Part shown: one piece after another, positions 59,701-64,000 of the stretch
Numbering within the stretch: position 1 is the stretch's first letter
Layout of the letters: each line of letters begins with the position of its first letter
The notes under the pieces: model-generated
Seen by the model: only the letters and a program-made list of their open reading frames with translations
What the model was told of the DNA's origin: nothing
Database searches by the model: none
Assembly (NCBI GenBank): GCA_000934665.2
Contig: KZ538489.1
Location: 1-64,000, forward strand
Direction of reading: 5' to 3'
From: Catajapyx aquilonaris
Lineage: Eukaryota
DNA: 64,000 nt
Translations under genes and position numbers: made by a program

Positions 59701-62700
59701 TAGAGACATTGCACTTGCACATTGCACATCCCCTCCCACCCACCCTTGGAGCATACTAATTAAGATTCTTCTTAAACTTGCTCCAAAACAAATTCCAAAG
59801 GTGGCAACCCACCCCCCCTAAGGAGTAGTATAACTCCCCCCGTGGGGTAATGAAAAAAAAAAAAAAAATCTTGAAACTGTTTTTTTGGATTTAGTGCGTT
59901 CCACTTGTAATCCTACGATCTGCAAGATTTCTACTGCATTTGGCTCCAGGCAGATTTTTTGTGGAAAAGGTACAAAATTGTGCCAATAAAAATATTGTAC
60001 TTTCAAAAGAGTGACAATTAACTGAGTCATAATGCTGCAAATGTGCAAATTTTTTCAATGCCTAAGGACTGCAGGAGTTAGCTAGAATGGACAGCAATTT
60101 CAGGTTGAATTTTTACAGCAATGTTAGATGAAGCCCAATTTTTAGAAGTGCATGCTATTCTTTAAAAACCCAATTTTCACCAAATCAACAACTGTGTAAT
60201 ACAGTATGTTCAGCACAGAGTAGGCATGGGGCATTACGATGGGAAACCTCATTAGTATCATTAAATGTTAATTTACATAAACAAGATGAAACTCAAAAAA
60301 TTGGCCTCATTTACCATTGCTACAAAAACTACAACAAAATTTTCTGCACTTTCCAATCTCTTCATGCTACCTTTTGAAGTGGCAAATTAGCAATACAGGA
60401 TGTTTCTTACTGCAAGGCGCATTCAGTAAGTAAGTTCCTTTTTTGTGTTCGAAAAACCACAATGTACCCCCAGAATTTTTATTTGCACATCTGAAATCAA
60501 CAACTGTCTACTTTTTTTCAAAACAGTTTCCAGCCAAATCAAGGCATTTTTCATCGAGTTATGCACAATTTTGTATGCGTATGTCATAGAAGTCTGCCGC
60601 CAGCTATTTCAGCGACCCCTGAACGCTGGATTTCAATTCTTCTTCATTGTCAACCTTTGGCTTTGCAAGCCATTTCTTCCTGTCCATGGACAGGTGGTAA
60701 TTGCTAGGCTCTAAATCCCAGGTGATCGAACAATTCTCACTTGAATTGTTGTGGCCGGGTTCCAGTATGTAAGACAGAAGGCAGGCGGGCACTGTCGTGC
60801 AAGAAAACACCATGAAACTCAATGCTGCTAAGTTTGATCAATCCAAAGGTTTATTGTGAGACATTACAGAAGTTGAGGATGGGCATTCACAAGGAATGTA
60901 TCAGTATATTGAGTTTCGTGGTGTTTTCTTGCACGACAATGCCCGCCTGCCTACTATCTTACATACTGGAACCCTGCCGCAACAATTCAAGTGAAAATTG
61001 TTCGATCACCCGGGATTTAGAGCCTAGCGATTACCACCTGTCCATGGACAGGAAGAAATGGCTTGCAAAGCAGAAGGTTGACGATGAAGAAGAATTGAAA
61101 TCCAGCGTTAAGGGGTTGCAGAAATAGCTGGCGGCAGACTTCTATGACATAGGCATACAAAATCGTGTGTAACTCAATGAAAAATGCCTCGATCTGGCTG
61201 GAAACTATTTTGAAAAAAAGTAGGCATTGTGGTTTTTCTAATTAAAAAATGGAACTTACTTTCTGGATGCGCCTCGTATTATGTCGTCCAGCTGGTAGTG
61301 CAGTCATTGGTATAAAAAAAAGTCAGTAATGTAGTGGTGAGAAATATCAAGGGACCAAACACATTGGACAGAAGGTGCCCCTAGACACACAGCAACACAG
61401 CACCTTTTTGTAGGGAGCATGATATGAGCGTGATAATCATTGCTCTGAAAGAGGTGATCTGGAAAAATCCCCTGAGTAATGATTATTACCACCCTCACAT
61501 CCTGCTCCCTAGGCAACCACTACATGTATGTGGGTCCACCTGCCAAGCGATCTTCCTACGAAAATGTGCTGTGTGTGTTGTCACATCTGCTCAGTTGATT
61601 ATCCCTTTTTTGCAACTCTAGCAATCACTATTATGCAACCTTTTCCACCAAAAATCTTCACATCAGGAGTCAAACAGGTGTCTTACAAATCTCTTATTGA
61701 TTAGCATTCTGTGCAATAAGTTGTTTAATCCTAATAAGATGGGCCGTTTTTTCACGTTTTTGCAAGAATCTACAAAAAAATCGCTTGGGTTATCATTTGA
61801 GGGACCGTACGTGACTAATCTAGTGAGTAACATCGTGTAGTTTCTAGGCTTGATTCTGATTCTATTTATGGGACCCTCTTGGCATACCATGCGGAGATTT
61901 AAATTCTGAAAAGTCTCAACAGATGCCGCAGGGGTGCGTTTCGCGCCTACATATTTTTTTCTCCAATTTTTTGTCACTCCTGGGCTGACAAGAAGTGGAT
62001 GGATGTGTCGCGCTGGTGCTACTGAACAGACCAGTATGCATGAATAATACGTCACAGGACAGGCATGCCAACACGAGGGACAAATATACAACCCCCACCC
62101 GAGTGTAAACCTCACTCGCTCCACAGCTGTTCAAAAGCCCCGCGGGGCATGAGCCCCTCCATCCTGGCGGAGGCCGGCCGGGAGTTGCTCAGTGGCCCGC
62201 CAGCCGCTAATTGTCATTTATGAACATTACTTATTTATTTTAAAACTATTGAATTCTCTTTTGTACTAATTTTAGGGTGGAATCTCTCAAGGAGGTTTGG
62301 GAGCAACTCTGAATGCCAAAATTTGCCAGCCAACATGATAATTTTTTGGGAGGGAGGAGTTTTTTTTTCATCAGCTGCAAAAAGATGATGTCATTTAAGT
62401 TAATCTGGTTAATCTGATTTATTTATGCAAGATTTTGTAGTCCAAAATTCGCGATTTTTTACGCGAGAGAAAATAAAAAAAGCACACAGAAACTACGTTA
62501 CATAGTCGGAAAACGCTATAGTTTCGCCAGCAGAATTTTTTAAAGCCAGCGTATCAGCATATGATACGCCCATCTTATTAGGGTTAAAGTATAAAATCAT
62601 TACAGAAGGTGCTAGAAATATGTAATAATTACATAAATTTCTCAGTAGACTGATGATACAAAATTTTTAGACCAGCATACATACTGACTGCAAATTCCAG

Positions 62701-63812
62701 GGATAAGTAAAGTCAGGTCGAGAGCAAGTCAAGGTTGAACCCAAGGTCAAGTTGGATCCATAAGCTTAATGAAAAAGAGGAGTGACCTTAGGCCCGGACA
62801 TGGCATATCCATTCCCAAAAATGACCAAAAATCCATTAGGTGCATGGGCCTTCAGGTTGCATTTTGTTCATAAAATCTGTCATATCCTTTCAAATGGATT
62901 ATTATTATTAAAATGTGCAACCAGTAATGCACACGCATCAATTTCCTTACATGTCATATTAGTCAACAATGTGAGCCTCTAAAATTTGGATGCTAGTCAC
63001 CTTTCTAAAAAAATTGCAATTATGGAGTTCTCTCTTATTTATATGGTCATTTAAAATTCTAACAACTACAAATTCACACCTTTCACATCTGGATTTTTAC
63101 ATCTCACAAAAGATGCAGGAAAACACTGAGTTTAACTTCCCTATAGGTTAACCATCAGTTTTCACTCGGTCCTAAATACTTAAGTGCAGAGAAGAATCAT
63201 TAATTACCAGAGAAATTTAATGGTGACAATTATTAATAGCATTCCCATGCTTTGGCAGGCCCTGACTTACCCTTGAGAATGTGGTGGCAGGTTTGAACAC
63301 AGCGAAGGGATGGTGAAGAAAGCACATGGTCAACCCTTACACCACTTCCCTTCATCCCCTCTCCTGTGATAGTGGCCTGTAGCACTCCAAGCCTGGTGAG
63401 TGGAGAGTCATTGATGAAACTAGATGGCCCTCCAGTTCGCCTTGGAACACTCTCCGGCATGTTCAAGTCACGGCGTACATAGGTTCCATCCTGATCAAAG
63501 CTGTATGGAATCCACGTCCCAAAGGTCAAATCCACACGCTCAGCATGGCGAACTACAATGACCTGACGAGGACCTGAAGGTGGAGGGGAAGGGGATTCAC
63601 CATTGCTAGCAGCTGACTCAGCCAGCTGGCGTTCCTCCTGAGCCAGTTGGTCTCCCAGTTGGCGTTTGCCAGTCCGTGGGGTGCGTTGCTGGGGAAGTGT
63701 GGGTAGGGTTGGAGATGGGGAGGGAGTGGTTGAGGTAGGGGGACGGCGAGTCAAGCCAGATGACAGATTGGTCAGGTCATCCATCTCATCACTATTGGAA
63801 AGTGCTAGAACT
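56778..63812 (-). CDS. UBASH3: UBASH3/Sts-1-type (ecdysteroid-phosphate phosphatase-like) histidine phosphatase, last two coding exons; 5' part outside the window
   Basis: Exons 63812-63271 and 57307-56778 join in phase 1 (AAG G|gtaagt ... ttcag|CC). Motifs [56 protein letters not shown] and [11 protein letters not shown] match the Sts-1 phosphoglycerate-mutase-like domain. Confidence 0.92.
58095..58994 (-). mobile_element. Internally deleted, decayed mariner with both TIRs
   Basis: TA|CGAGGGGTTTTCAAGAAAAGACAGAACTTTT ... AAAAAGTTCGGTATTTTTTTGAACACCTCTC; near-colinear with 22889-23648. Confidence 0.85.
59045..59230. repeat. Near-perfect palindrome with internal subrepeats
   Basis: GAAGGGTTTGGGAGAAGGTGATAACCCTCAAATGGGTCGTAATTGAGTTATCACC... 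is mirrored at ~59150-59230. Confidence 0.9.
59560..59866 (+). mobile_element. SINE family A head (internal deletion) with type-2 tail
   Basis: Matches 14390-14721; poly(A); TSD ATCTTGAAACTGT. Confidence 0.85.
60411..61276. mobile_element. Foldback element made of two mariner 3' ends
   Basis: Arms ~60411-60820 and ~60911-61276 are reverse complements; both encode [36 protein letters not shown] mariner C-terminal sequence; ends ...CTTACTTTCTGGATGCGCCTCG|TA. Confidence 0.85.
61729..62583. mobile_element. piggyBac-type MITE
   Basis: TTAA|TCCTAATAAGATGGGC ... GCCCATCTTATTAGGG|TTAA. Confidence 0.8.
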
Positions 63813-64000
63813 CTGCAACAAGGAAAAGAGGGAGATAATAATCATACCATACTGATTATTACAAAATTGATAATATTGTAATTACACAAAATAACTTTTC
63901 AATAAAGTTGCCATTTCTCTGAATACGTTCACATTGTAGGACTACAACACTCATCAATGAATGTGATTCCCTCTTGAAGAAAAACTACAAGTTAAGATTA

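Overview
Eukaryotic, repeat-rich genomic DNA, most likely from an arthropod (inferred from gene and repeat content; species not determined). It has spliced genes and three N positions or gaps. Five protein-coding loci can be rebuilt by hand from GT/AG boundaries and reading-frame phase. (1) A Yippee/YPEL5-like gene (+, 83-596). (2) A BCKDK-like mitochondrial kinase (+, 6047 to >20726) whose C-terminal exons were not found and probably lie in a gap or misjoin at about 21.8 kb. (3) An L-asparaginase with ankyrin repeats (+, 30429-39878) with a distant ankyrin exon and a probable GC-AG last intron. (4) An uncharacterised DM4/DM12-like cysteine-motif protein with a TATA box (+, 41650-43588). (5) The 3' part of a UBASH3/Sts-1-type histidine phosphatase (-, >63812-56778). 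Introns and intergenic DNA hold several tRNA-derived SINE families with target-site duplications (TSDs) and swappable head/core/tail modules, decayed mariners, mariner-derived foldbacks, and Tc1/pogo-, hAT-, Harbinger- and piggyBac-type MITEs, often nested. I found no CRISPR array, rRNA or true tRNA gene, and no clearly new multi-gene system. The best leads are the modular SINEs, the foldbacks, the asparaginase splicing features and a CpG-domain boundary.
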